DNA from: the human T2T-CHM13v2.0 reference genome, Homo sapiens
Strand: one strand, 5' to 3'
Assembly (NCBI RefSeq): GCF_009914755.1
Contig: NC_060941.1
DNA: 64,000 bases
In this document: positions 16,701-38,055 of the stretch, in pieces
Layout: every line of letters begins with the position of its first letter
Position numbering within the stretch: the first letter of the stretch is position 1
The notes under the pieces: generated by a model
Seen by the model: the letters and a program-made list of their open reading frames with translations, nothing else
What the model was told of the DNA's origin: nothing
The model's database searches: none
Position numbers and translations under genes: made by a program

Positions 16701-17702
16701 GCTCATCCTGACCCTCTCCCAGGGATGCCTTTCTCTTTTTCTACTTAACCAACTCCTACACATCCTTCAAAACCTCACTCATTGCCACCTCTTCTGAGAA
16801 GCCTTCCCTGAGAAATCACCTTAATGCTCACTGTCTTCCCATGTAGTATGTCCTTCATGTCCTCTTTCTCCCCCAGAACACAGCTGCTCTGACCCCTTGT
16901 GTCTCCAGCATCACCCGGGCTGGACCCCCTGGAATTGTGGCCAGTGTTTAGTGAATGACTAAGTGGCTGTATCTTGGGGCTGCCTCAGCTGCCATTTAAA
17001 GCATATCCAGTTGGTTTGCATAGATTTCTTGGGCCCCATGCCTGTTCTGAGGCTGGGCCCTGCCCCAGTCATTCTCAGGGCAGCAGTGTTGGCTGCCACC
17101 TGCCCAGAGCCCAACCTGGGACATCCCTAGGCTGGTAGGTCCCAGGCCCCAGGATAGCTGGGCCCCAGGCCCAGTTCTTGCTCCACCCTGGTACCAGACT
17201 CTGCTCTGCCAATGTCCAACTCCCCCCCAGACTCCAAAGGCAGGGCCTACAGGGTCTGCTTCCCGCCCAGCCCTCTCCCAGCCACCACCCAGGGCCGGGC
17301 CAGCTCTCAGCAAGAGCTCTAGAACCCTCCACCCTGAACAGATTGGAGCATCTGCCCTCCTTGAGTTATAGATAGGAAAACTGAGGAACAGAGGGCAGGG
17401 ACCTGCCTGAGGCCACACAGCAGCCAGTGGCGCAGCCAGCTGAAAGCCCAGGGCCTTGTCCTCTCTCGGGGACCTCCTGGACATTCTCCAGTGGCTCACG
17501 TCCTCAGTGTGGAAGCCTGGGCTTGCCCTGACTCTGTCCCCACTCTGGGGAAGTCCTCAGAACTCAGTCTCCTATGCCTGCCCAGGCTGGTGGCCTCTGT
17601 GGAGCCTGGGGGCCCCAGACAGATGGACAGAGGCCCAGGAGTGAGGGGGTCCCATGGCCAGGAGAGATAGAGCCACGGGGATGGGATGGGGCTGTCCACT
17701 CA

Positions 17703-17915
<213 letters not shown>

Positions 17916-19419
17916 CTACTCACAGAGCAGGGCTGGGGGCCTGGGACAGGACTTGCCCACGGTCCCAAGGGCTGAATTAGAAGCCCTCGTTCCTCAGTGC
18001 TGCCCATCCCCTGGCCCCAGGACAGCCCATCCTCAGGTGATTCACAGACTCCAAGGGAGGCACAGTCGGGGACTCGTAGGAGGCTTGGGGTGGCTGGAGC
18101 TGGATTCTCAGGCTCCGACACCAGGAGCCCTGCGGACCATGGGGTTTGCAGGAGCAGAACTGGGGACCTGAGTTCCTTCCTGGGTTGTGCCCCCGAGTTT
18201 GGGGGGCCCACAGCACTTACATGCCACGCACTGAGCCTTGGGGTGAAGGTCGGGGGACCCGGCCTGAGCACAGCCACCAGTGGTCACCTAGGGTCCCTCG
18301 CATTTAGACAGCTCAGGGGTGACAATTCAGTGGGGGGACGTCAGGCTCTGGGGAGCAGATAAGGGGGCCTTTGGTCTGAGACAGACTGGTTCTCAGCCCT
18401 GGCATGGCCTGCTCGGTCACACGGGCTCCTCTTCCGAGCCTGTGAGGCCCCCATCACACCACAGGTGGGCCCGGAGGAACTGAAATAGCCAGAGCCGGGG
18501 TGGGAGTCCCTGAGGGGGAGCAACCAAGCGACCAAGGCGGGGGGCGGGGCCGGGCCTGGGAGGGGCACAGCATGAGGCCGGGGGTCCTGCCTCCATTCCC
18601 TGGGCACGCCTTCCGTCTGTCCCCCTGATTCTCATATAGCCCCCAAGGTCAACATCACCAAATGCTATTTTACAAATAACAAAACTGAGGCCCACAGGGG
18701 AAGTGACTTGGCCAAGGCCACGCAGCAGGGGAGAGGCAGAGCCTGTTTGGTCAGTCAGGACTCTGAGGCCTGGAGTTTTTGGCTCACTGGTCAAGGGGGT
18801 CCTGGCCCACCAATTTTTGCCTCCAGTCCTCTTTGTCACTGGACTCCAGCTTGAGGGGACATCTCTCCTGTGAGGGGACATCTCTCCTGTCAGTCCTGGA
18901 GCAGGTTCCAATGTCAGCTCAATCCTTCAGGGGTACTTGAGAGAAAAAATTGGGCACGGGGTACCAAAGGCCCAGGGCGGGCCAATACAGGGGCATCAAC
19001 TCCAGCAGTGATATTTTGCCAAGAGTAGCTGGGATTGGCCTCCTAGGGCCCAGGCCTGAGGCCCCACCCTCACAGGTGGCCTCTGCACCCCCATCTCCAC
19101 CCCCGCTTTGTCCACCAGGCCAGGCTGGCTGAGCCTCTTCCTTCCTGCCCCTGCAGCCTGGGCCAGGTCAGCAGACCCAGGGGTGAACGGAAGCAGGTGG
19201 CTGACTCAGGAAAACTTTCGCTCAACACAAAACAAAACAGGCCGGGCGCAGTGGTTCACGCCTGTAATCCCAGCACTTTGGGAGGCTGAAGAGGGTGGAC
19301 CACCTGAGGTCAGGAGTTCAAGACTAGCCTGGCCAACATGGCGAAACCCCGTCTCTACTAAAAATACAAAAAAATTAGCCAAGTATGGTGGCACACTCTC
19401 ATAATCCCCAACTTTCTCA

Positions 19420-20106
<687 letters not shown>

Positions 20107-22520
20107 TGAACATTGTTTGAAAGCCCCAGACCCTCTGAGACCCGGGAATTCTCACAAGGGAGAGAGGCCAACTCCTCCCTGGAGGAGTATCACTGCTCAA
20201 GGTGAGAGGCAGAACTTGGCCTGCCCCTGAGCCTTTGCCCACATGGTGCCCTCCACCCAGGCTGCCGCCCCACTTTACCATCCCAGCCCGATGCAGTTGC
20301 TGCTTGATAGTTGTTTACTGAGCACCTACTGTGTGCCAGGCACCCCACGACAGAGCAGGGAACAAGAAGCTCACATTCTAGTAGGCAGAGACAGACCATA
20401 AACAAGGGAAGAAACAAATAAGCAAGGTAGTTTAATGGAGCAGTAAGCGCTGTGAAAAATGGACATCAGGTGACAGATGGAGAATGTCTGGTTGGGTGGG
20501 AGCAGGGAGATTGTCAACACGGGACAGGTGGGGTGGTCCAGAAAGGCCTCTCTGAAGAAGTGACATGGAAGCTGAGACCCGAATTACAAGAAGGAACCAG
20601 CGGTAAGAAAATGTGGGGAACAGTGTCCAAGACGGACGGAACAGCCAGTGCCAAGGCTCTGAGGTGGGGCCAAGCTCTGTCCCTGAAACAGAAAGGAGGC
20701 CAGGGTGTCTGGAGCTGAGGGAGGGAGGAGCAGATGTCATAAGATGTACGGGGGAGGACCAGGCTCTGAGTCATGGCCACTGCATGGAGACTGGGCTGGG
20801 GAGCAGGGATTGTTGCGGGGAGGCCTTGGGAGCCACCACGCAAGCCCAGGTAAGTGACAATGGAGGCCTGGGCTGGAGGAGGGGCTTCGGGTAGGTTTTG
20901 CCAGAGTTGCCGACAAGACAATGACAGGCAGCAGAAAGTAGGTTCAGGGAGCCCAGGGCTGGCTGTGTTGGGTCTGGACCGTCGCCCTTTCCCATGGAGA
21001 TGTCAAGGTGACATGGGCTTCCTGAGTCTGGGTCTCATCATCCAGGCTGCTCGTGCAGAGATGGGAGTGAAGCCACTAACCACATGCCCCTCCAGCTGGC
21101 AACAGCATGGGGGTGCGTGCACCCAGAAACGCCTGGCCTATCAGGGAGGGAGGCTTTGTCCCAGGGAGGTGATGTTTGGGGCCATTTGTCCAGGGTGAGT
21201 CCATGAGCCAGAGTTTTCATCCAAGACCAAAGTTCAGATTTCAAGAACGGGCTTCATCGCCCACTCTCCCAGGCTGGACTCAATCTGTAGGCAGGCAGTG
21301 CCATGGCAGGGGCTGGCCCACAGGGAGCACTGGAAAATACTTGCTAGACGAGAGGACAGGATGGTCGCGGAGCTCAGCTTCCACCCCAGCCACTTGATCC
21401 CTCCAAGCCTGGCTCAACGCCTCCCGCGCACCCCATTCCTATTTCATCACTGCCCCACTCCCTCCCAACACCACACTTGGGTCTAGAGACCTCGAAGTGC
21501 TCTCAGATGAGAAACCAAGACTTGGATCCCCGCAGAGGGTCATGCCTTGGGCTCACAGCCCCAGTGCTCAGCCTGGCCCTGTCCCCATCTGGCCACATGT
21601 CCACGAGGCCGACAGCCAGCACTGCAGTGACCCCAGGTGCCAGCACCAGCACCCCAGCATAGAGAAGAAGGAATTGCTCCTCCTCCTCTGGACCCCAACC
21701 CCCAGCCCAGCCTGTTCAGACCAAGCGCAAGTTCCACAGCCAAAGGGACACGGGTTCAAAACTGACTCCATACCGAGCAGGTCATGTTGCCTCCCTGTGC
21801 CTCAGTTTAGTCACCTGTGAAATGGGGGTGCCAGTCCCCATTGCTTAAATGGTACATGAGGTGTGCTGCTGAGTTCGGGGCCTGGCTATAGCAGGGTGAT
21901 GGCACAGGGAGCTCTCCCGTCTTGTGCTTGAAGCTTGTGGCCAAGGGCAGCGCCCAGGGCTCAGCGCAGAGGAGCATCCAGTCTAACACCCATTGCTCCA
22001 GTGGGGAAACTGAGGCCCAGGGAAGGGCAGTCACTTCCCTAGTGTGGTTTACTGGCAGTTCCAGTGCACACGTCTTGGCATGGCCACTCCCAGAATCCTG
22101 GGCATGGCTTTCATATGCAAACTTTTAAGCAAGGACATTTCCAGAGACACATTCCACAGGCCCAACTGTCTAGACCGTCTTGGAAGGCTGCAACATCTGT
22201 CAAAAGCGGCCCAGACAAGGAGAAATGAACGGTGGTATGACTCTATTTTCCCTTTTCTCCACACTACTGGGAAGCTCATCCTTGACACTTTCATCTTAGC
22301 TATTTTAGCCCTACTAGGTTAGCATGTGTACTTATTTCTTTCCTAAGACCTTCTCTCTCTCCCTCTTTCTCGCTCTGTTCTCCATTCCCATACTCTGTCT
22401 CTCTCTCTAGCTCTCATTCTCTCCCTCTCTCAACAATTTTCTTTTCAAACTTTTTCCTGGAAAACTGGGGGTTGAACTAACTCCTGCCAGACACTGTGGT
22501 AATATCTCATCGAATCCTCA

Positions 22521-23050
<530 letters not shown>

Positions 23051-23576
23051 GCCCTTGGGGAGTCTCCCTGAAGCTCTGGGAGTGGGGCCCCCTTGTGCCC
23101 ATGTTTTATCATCCGTAAAAGTGAGGTGCCTGGAGGAGAAGTGCCAAAGCTGTCCTGCTGGCTCAGGCACTGAGTCTCATGGCACCAGATGCTGGCCTCC
23201 CTTCACCAATCTGCCAATGACTCTCCATCTTTTCCTAAACCCTGATGCCTCTTGTGATGCCCTGCCTCCTGCTCCTTCAATCCCAAGCTCCTCACCTGGC
23301 ATTCAAGGCCCTTGCAATCCACCACCTCCACCTGCCCCTACAAACAGCCCCCATTCTCATCCTTTGTCATCCCCTTCACTCTAAACAAACCCAGGGCTTC
23401 AGCCACAGCAAGGGGCCACACCAAACTCTCATTTCAACCCCAGACTTTTGCACACGTGGTTCCTCTGCCTGGTGTTCTCCTCTTTCTGCTCCCAGGAGAC
23501 TCCTATTCATCCATCAAAGACCAGCTCAGAAGGTACCTCTTCTGGTTTAGACACTGGGCACCTTAGGTGGGACTTA

Positions 23577-23890
<314 letters not shown>

Positions 23891-24509
23891 CTACAGGTGC
23901 CCACCACCATGTCTGGCTAATTATTTGTATTTTTAGTAGAGATGGGTTTTCACCATGTTACCAAGGCTGGTCTTGAATTCCTGGACTCAAGCGATCCTCC
24001 TGCCTGAGATTGCGCCATTGCACTCCAGCCTGGGTGACAGAGCGAGTCTCCTTCTCAAAAAAAAAAAAAAAAAAAAGAGAATTGTAAATAAATCTCTACC
24101 TTTCCTTAGTGGGTTTGTTATGAGCAGTGTTATCGGTGTAGCAATTCTGAAACTGTTTTGCAAGTGTTGCAGGATAGCGCACAAATGGACAAGCACAGCT
24201 GTATTGTTTGGAACCAGGGTTCTCCCTGGGAAAGAAGGGAGACACAGACGTGGAAGGAAAACCAGGCAGAGCCCTGTGGTGTTGCATGGACACTGGATGA
24301 ATCAGTGTGAAGTCACATTGTTTTTTTTCTGTAAAGAAGTTTTTCTTCCTTCATTTATATTAATATAGGCTCATGGTTTCATATTTTAGCCAGTGGATTA
24401 TAATCCATTACTATTACATTTATTTTGATGCTTAAAATGCCCCTGATTAGGCCAGTGGGGTCTCCTTCAAGCTGTCTCCTTATCCTTTTGACATGGACCC
24501 ATCATTCTA

Positions 24510-24779
<270 letters not shown>

Positions 24780-25170
24780 CTACTCAAAGACCCCTGCCTT
24801 CTGGCTGCCCCCGACCCCAAGGGTGACAGGATGTTATAAGGCCCCTCTTTCCGGCTCTGTTGCAGCTGAGGTTTCAAAGCCTCAGAATGATGCAATGGAG
24901 GGGTTGGGATCGGCCCCCGCCTCAGTTCTGAGGTGCTTCTAGCCATATGAGGGGAGGAGGACTTCCCCTTATGAAGCTGAATGGGTGTCCCCTGGGGCGG
25001 TGGGACAGATGCCGGGTTTATTTTTATGTGTTTTAGAAGTATTTATTCTCTGCCAAGTCCTTTACAAAGAGGTAAGTGACCAATAGTTGGTAGGTGGCAG
25101 GGCTGGGGTTCAAACCCAGGCAGGCCTGAGGGCCAAACCATGCCTACAACTCCTTCGCCGCATGGCCTCA

Positions 25171-26007
<837 letters not shown>

Positions 26008-26044
26008 TCAAAAAAAAAAAAAAAACAAAAAAACAACAAAATAA

Positions 26045-26310
26045 GGAGTTTTGGAAACCAAGGTTTTATTATGCAGATGAAGCCTCCAGGTAGCTGGCTT
26101 CAGAGAGAATATAGTGTAAATGTTTCTTATCAGACTGAAAGAGTCCGTTCTAACAGTAATTCCAAAAGCGAGGAGGTTATAACAAGGCATGTCCAGCTCC
26201 CCCTTCCCATCATATCCTGAACTCATTTTCAGGTTAACTTTGGAATGCCCTTGCCGAGAGAAGGAGTCCATTTGGATGGTTAAGGGGCTTAGGATTTTGG
26301 TTTTGGTTTA
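26045..26310 (-). mobile_element. MER41-like LTR fragment
   Basis: ggttttattatgcagatgaagcctccaggtagctggcttcagagagaata...aaatgtttcttatcagact matches the MER41 consensus as recalled. Subfamily and orientation not verified. Confidence 0.6.
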
Positions 26311-28009
26311 TGGAGGTCCCTCAAAAGCTGCTCACAGGAGGAAAACTCATCACTGGCCACAGGCCACACCAGGCCAGGGCAGACCCAGCCACTGTCTCAG
26401 TGCTGAAACCCTAACCCCCTGTGATCAGCTGAGTAACAGCCCCGAAGACATCCAGGTCCTGATCTCAAGAACTTGGAACGTTCCCTTATATGACAAGAGG
26501 GACTTTGCCGGTGCGATTATGTTAAGGGTCGTGAGATTGGATGGAAACTGCAATTTCAATGCAGTTTGAGTTCTGTAATTAGTAGACTGGGCTAGACTAC
26601 TGGACCCTGGAACACTCCAAACAGGCTGATTGGGGAACTTTTTATCATCAGAGATTGGCTGAAACACCTGAGAGAACTCCCTGAAAAAAAATTTTTTTGA
26701 GACAGAGTTTTGCTTTTGTTGCCTGAACTAGAGTGCAGTGGCATGATCTCAGCTCACTGCAACCTCCGCCTCCCTGTGTCTACTTGAAATACAAAAATTG
26801 GCCAGGCATGGTGGCGCACGCCTGTAGTCCCAGCTACTTGGAAATAGAATCACTTGAACCTGGGAGGTGGAGATTGCAGTGAGCAGAGATCGTGCCACTG
26901 CACTCCAGCCTGGGTGACAGAGGGAGACTCTGTCTCAGAAAAAAAAAAAAAAAAAGAAAGAAAGAAAGAAAAGAAAATGAAGAAACAGGCCAGGCATGGT
27001 GGCTCACACCTGTAATCCCAGCACTTTGGGAAGCTGGAGCAGGAGGAATGCTTGAACCCAGGAGTTCAAGACCAGCCTGGACAACATAGTGAGAACCCAT
27101 CTCTACAAAAATAAACAACAACAAAAATAGGCCAGGCATGGTGGCTCTCACCTGTAATCCCAGCTACTCAGGAGGCTGAGGTGGGAGGATCGTTTCGGTC
27201 CTGGATTTCAAGGTGATAGTGAGCTATGATCACACCATTGTACTCCTGCCTCTGAGGACAGAGCGAGACTTTGTCTGGAAAAAAAAAAAGAAAATGCAAA
27301 TGAAGAAACATGGATTCATGAACATCTATGAATATTTGGTTTAAAAAGGTGAGGCCATGGTGTTTGCACTGAGATCATGGCCCCTCTTGCCCTTCCTCTC
27401 AGCTCAGTGAGGCTGAGACTCCACTCTGGACAGCTGCAGCCAAGAACATGGGGTCCCCTGCTGCCTCCAGACCAGGGAAACAGGGCTCCCTCTGCCCCCA
27501 GCTCCCAGTGGGAGGGCTTGCCTCCCACGAAGAACAGGACATCCATTTCCTATTCTACCCCCAGCCACCTGTTGCTGAGACTAAGTCCTGGATGAGTGTA
27601 GCCAAGAGTTGGGGGCCCCCTTCTTGCACCCAGCCCCACTCAAGGAACAGAGGCTCTGCCTTGGGTGCAGTGTGCTGCGAGTGCTGGGGTCCTGATCACT
27701 CCGGCCCTGGCTCATGTGGAAGTAGCTCGACAACAGGAGAGGCAAACTTTGAGGACCTCGGCCATTGTCCCCACTCCCACCAAGTCCTCAGCCCCTAGCG
27801 CAGGGTGTCACTCAGAGAGAAGCTTTCCAAAGTCTCCACCCCCAGCTCCAGGGCCCTGGCTCAGAGAGATTTTTGTCTAATGAAGAAACAGGCCATAAAA
27901 AAGAGACTTCCTAATCTCTTCCCAAAGCAACTGACCTCATTTGCTACAGAGAACGAAGGAATTCAAGGCAAAAGTTGCTTTTGTTTTGATTTTGGTTAGG
28001 TTTGTTTGA

Positions 28010-28138
<129 letters not shown>

Positions 28139-28145
28139 TAAGTAG

Positions 28146-28274
<129 letters not shown>

Positions 28275-28979
28275 TGAGAATAGTAGAGATTATGGTGAGA
28301 GATAATTAGGAGAAGATTCAAGACACAAGCTGAACTCTAGGCTGCTCGTTTACAGGAGAGAACAGGGAATAGCACCAGTAGAGGGAGCCCTCCTGAGGTC
28401 AGAACAAATAGCAGACATTGACCTCACACACTATTTCTTCCAAGGAGCCAAACTTGATAGGATCAGTGTGTAGTGCAGGGCATTATAGGAAATTATAAAG
28501 CAATCCATTGGCAACTTGCAGAGCTTATTTCAACCAAGCAAGGATTAGAAAAAGAAGGGCTGGGTGCAGTGGCTCATGCCTAAAATCCCAACACTTTGGG
28601 AGGCTGAGGTGGGTGGATCACTAGGTCAGGAGTTCAAGACCAGCCTGGCCAAGACGGTCAAACCCCGTCTCTACTAAAAAACAAAAAATACAATAATTAG
28701 CCGGGCGTGGTGGCAGGTGCCTGTAATCCCAACTACTTGGGAGGCTGAGTCAGAGGATTGCTTGAACCCGGGAGGCGGAGGTTGCAGTGAGCCGAGATTG
28801 TGCCACTGCACTCCAGCCTGGGCGACAGAGCGAGACTCCATCTCAAAAAAAAAAAAAAAAAGAGAAGAAAGAAAGAAAGAAAAAAGAAAAGAAAATTTGC
28901 ATAGCTTAACAGCTGGATATGGTCAGGGAAAGAGGAAGAGAGCCTTCCAAAACCACTGTCATCCCAGAGTAACTGCAGG

Positions 28980-30800
<1,821 letters not shown>

Positions 30801-31028
30801 ATGCCTGCTGTCTTGATGACCCCTGCCCCTGTCTGCCCCCCTGTCCTTGCTGGTGCCTGAGCTCCATTGGAGCGGACTCATTGCTGGCTCCCGGCACTAC
30901 CAAGCTGGGACCTGGAATATCTTGGTGCCGCTAGAGTGAAAAGACTCATTAATCACGGTCAGTCAGATCCTTCCAGGGCTAAGAGACCAGCCAGGGTGGC
31001 CTCAGCTTCTCCCTAACTTTGGATCCTA

Positions 31029-31447
<419 letters not shown>

Positions 31448-31754
31448 TCACAGTTCAGGAACCACTCCCACAGCCCCAAGAGCCTCCCTAACCCCACCAA
31501 GTCCACCTTTGACCTCTTCTCTGAGCTCCAAATGCCTCTTGGGCGCCATCCCCTGGACGTTTCTCAGATGTATAACAGCCCAGATAAAACTCATCATTGC
31601 CGGGCGTGGTCGCTCACCCGGCACCCGTGACAAATAAAATGTTTTTTTAAAGTATCTATAGGCTGGGCATGGTGGCTCACGCCTGTAATCCCCGCACTTT
31701 GGGAGGCCAAGGTGGGCAGATCACGAGGTCAGGAGATCGAGACTATCCTGGCTA

Positions 31755-32252
<498 letters not shown>

Positions 32253-32773
32253 TCAAAAAATAAAAATATATATTTGTGGTTAGGCATGGTGACTCAGGCT
32301 TACACCTGTAATCCTAGAACTTTGGGAGGCCGAGGTAGGAGGATTGCTTGAGGCCAGGAGTTCAAGACTAGCCTGGGCAACATAGCAAGATCCCATCTCT
32401 ACAGAAAAGTAAATTTTTAAAAATTATGACATTTTGAGCTGCATGATGAAAAAAATTTAAAAAGAAAGAAAGAAGGGCCGGGCGCGGTGGCTCACGCCTG
32501 TAATCCCAGCACTTTGGGAGGTCGAGGTGGGCGGATCATGAGGTCAGGAGATCAAGACCATCCTGGCTAACGCGGTGAAACCCCATCTCTACTAAAAATA
32601 CAAAAAATTAGCTGGGCATGCTGGTGGGTGCCTGCAGTCCCAGCTACTCAGGAGGCTGAGGCAGGAGAATGGCGTGAACCATTCTCCATTCTCGGAGCTT
32701 GCAGTGAGCCGAGATTGTGCCATTGTACTCCAGCCTGGGCGACAGAGCAAGACTCCGTCACAAAAAAAAAAAA

Positions 32774-32805
<32 letters not shown>

Positions 32806-32824
32806 AAATTGGCCACGTGTGTTA

Positions 32825-34159
<1,335 letters not shown>

Positions 34160-34263
34160 TGATCCACCTGTCTCAGCCTCCCAAAGTGCTGGGATTACAG
34201 GCATGAGTCACCACACCCAGTCTATTTTTTTTTAAGTTTTTTGGTTTTTGTGTTTTTTTTTGA

Positions 34264-34461
<198 letters not shown>

Positions 34462-34773
34462 TGACGAACTCCTGACCTCAGGTGATCCACCCGCCTCAGC
34501 CTTCCAAAGAGGTTAGATTACACGCATGAGCCACCACGCCCGACCCTAAAAGTATTTTTTTTATAGAGATGGGGTCTCCCTCTGTTGCCCAAACTGGTCT
34601 CAAACCCCTGATCTCAAGTTACTGCCTGCCTCAGCTGCCCAGGTAGCAGGGATTACAGACACAAGCCACCGCCCCCGGCTCTATTTAGGAACATCTTAGT
34701 TCCAAGTTTTGGCAATTATGGATAAAGCCGCTATAAACGTATGTTTCCAGGCTTGTGCGGACATACATTTTCA

Positions 34774-35191
<418 letters not shown>

Positions 35192-35630
35192 TCAAACTGT
35201 TGAAGCCTCGAAGGGGGATCCTTCCTTGACTCCTCCGGCGTCTGGAGGCTACTGGCCATCCTGGTGTTACTCAAACACCAGGGGTTCCATCTAGGGCCTG
35301 CCACTCACCTCACAGAAAGCCAATCAGTGAGACAACGATTCTTGCCAAGGAAGAAGGCTTTAATCAGGTGCTGCAGCTGAGGGGATGGGAGGGCTTCATC
35401 CCAGGAATGCAGGGGGTGGTTCAACATAAGAAAATCCGTTAACGTAATGTACCGCATTAGTAGAACAAAGGGAAAAAAACAGTCATTCCAGCTGACACAG
35501 AAAAAGCATCTAAGAAATTCTAACATTTCATCATTAAAACATAGAGAAAACTATGAAACGAGGGGATCTGCCTCAACATTATAAAAGGTATTTGTGAAAA
35601 AACCACAGTTACCATCATACTTAGTGGTGA

Positions 35631-35939
<309 letters not shown>

Positions 35940-36158
35940 TGAGCTCCTGACCTTGTTATCTGCCTGCCTCGGCCTCCCAAAATGCTGGAATTACAGATGT
36001 GAGCCACCGCGCCTGGCCTAGTCAACATTTTGCTAGAAGTTGTAGCCAGAGCCTTTAGGTAAGAAAAGGCACCAAATTGAGAAATAAGAAATAAAACCAT
36101 CGCTTTAAATAGGGAAAATCCCAAAGAATACACGCACAATAATTACTAGAGCTAATAA

Positions 36159-36447
<289 letters not shown>

Positions 36448-36558
36448 TGATCCACCCGCCTCGGCCTCCCAAAGTGCTAGGATGACAGGCGTGAGCCACC
36501 GTGCCCGGTCCAGTTGTGTTTTTATGCACTGGCAAGGAACAATTCAAAAATGTAATTA

Positions 36559-36699
<141 letters not shown>

Positions 36700-37562
36700 T
36701 TAGCGGAGCGTGATGGCATGTGCCTACGATCCCAGCTACTCAGGAGGCTGACGTGGGAGGATCACCCGAGCCCTGGGGGTCAAGGCTGCAGTGAGCTGTC
36801 ACATCATGCATCATTGCACTCCAGCCTGAAAAAGGAGTGAAATTCTGCAACATGTTACAACGTGAATGAACCTTGAAAACGTCATTCTAAGTGAAATAAG
36901 CCAGATACAAAAGGACAATATTGCATGTTTCCACTTATAGAGATACCTACAAGAATCAAATTCATAGAGACGGAAAGTAGAATAGTGGTTAAAGGGGTCT
37001 GGGCGGAGGGAGGAAAGGGAAGTTTGTTTTACGGGTAGAGTTTCAGTTTGGGATGTCGAAAAAGTTCTGGAGATAAATAATGGTGATGGTTACATGCCAA
37101 TGGCTACACGAATGTACTTAATGCCACTGAATTGTATATGTGAAAAATGGTTAAAATGGTAAATTTTGTATCTATTTAATACCATCCCCCCTAAAAAAAA
37201 AATTGTTTTTAAGAGTCAAGATCTCACTCTGTCTCCCAGGCTGGGGTGCAGTGGGGTAACTGATCAGAGCTCACTGCAGCTTTGAACTCAGCCAGCTTCC
37301 CTGACTCAAACGATCATCCCGCTTCAGCCTCCCGAGTAGCTGGGACTACAGACGGTGCCATCACGCCCAGCTCATTGTTGATTCCCGCCCCCTTGGTAGA
37401 GACGGGATTCCGCTATATTGCCTGGGCTGGTGTCGAACTCATAGAACAAAGGATCCTCCCTCCTGGGCCTGGGCGTGGGCTCGCAAAACGCTGGGATTCC
37501 CGGATTACAGGCGGGCGCACCACACCAGGAGCAAACACTTCCGGTTTTAAAAATTCAGTTTG

Positions 37563-37592
37563 TGATTGGCTGTCATTCAGTATTATGCTAAT
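37563..37592 (+). promoter_or_regulatory. U3 distal sequence element: inverted CCAAT (TGATTGGCTG) plus octamer variant ATGCTAAT
   Basis: Lies at about -248 to -219 from U3 +1, the canonical DSE position. An ETS-like cacttccgg lies just upstream (~37536-37544). Confidence 0.8.
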
Positions 37593-37748
37593 TAAGCATG
37601 CCCGGTTTTAAACCTCTTAAAACAATTTTTAAAATTACCTTTCCACCTAAAACGTTAAAATTTGTCAAGTGATAATATTCGACAAGCTGTTATTGCCAAA
37701 CTATTTTCCTATTTGTTTCCTAATGGCATCGGAACTAGCGAAAGTTTC

Positions 37749-37769
37749 TCGCCATCAGTTAAAAGTTTG
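37749..37769 (+). promoter_or_regulatory. U3 proximal sequence element (SNAPc site) TCGCCATCAGTTAAAAGTTTG
   Basis: Fits the PSE consensus TCACCNTNASTNAAAAG at -62 to -42. No TATA downstream, consistent with Pol II transcription. Confidence 0.85.
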
Positions 37770-37810
37770 CGGCAGATGTAGACCTAGCAGAGGTGTGCGA
37801 GGAGGCCGTT

Positions 37811-38027
37811 AAGACTATACTTTCAGGGATCATTTCTATAGTGTGTTACTAGAGAAGTTTCTCTGAACGTGTAGAGCACCGAAAACCACGAGGAAGAGAG
37901 GTAGCGTTTTCTCCTGAGCGTGAAGCCGGCTTTCTGGCGTTGCTTGGCTGCAACTGCCGTCAGCCATTGATGATCGTTCTTCTCTCCGTATTGGGGAGTG
38001 AGAGGGAGAGAACGCGGTCTGAGTGGT
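37811..38027 (+). ncRNA. SNORD3B-1: U3 box C/D snoRNA gene, full length 217 nt
   Basis: AAGACTATACTTTCAGGGATCATTTCTATAG...TTGATGATCG...CTGAGTGGT matches human U3 as I recall it, with boxes A', A, C', B, C and D. Intact Pol II snRNA-type promoter and 3' box. The B-1 label comes from recalled locus order next to GRAP. Confidence 0.95.
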
Positions 38028-38041
38028 TTTTCCTTCTTGAT

Positions 38042-38055
38042 GGCTCAATGACAGA
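38042..38055 (+). terminator. snRNA-type 3' box (GGCTCAATGACAGA), Integrator processing signal
   Basis: About 15 nt after the mature 3' end. Degenerate match to GTTTN0-3AAARNNAGA. Confidence 0.6.

Noticed and set aside
18852-18889. 19-bp tandem duplication tgaggggacatctctcctg x2
   Set aside because: Ordinary slippage duplication with no further structure.
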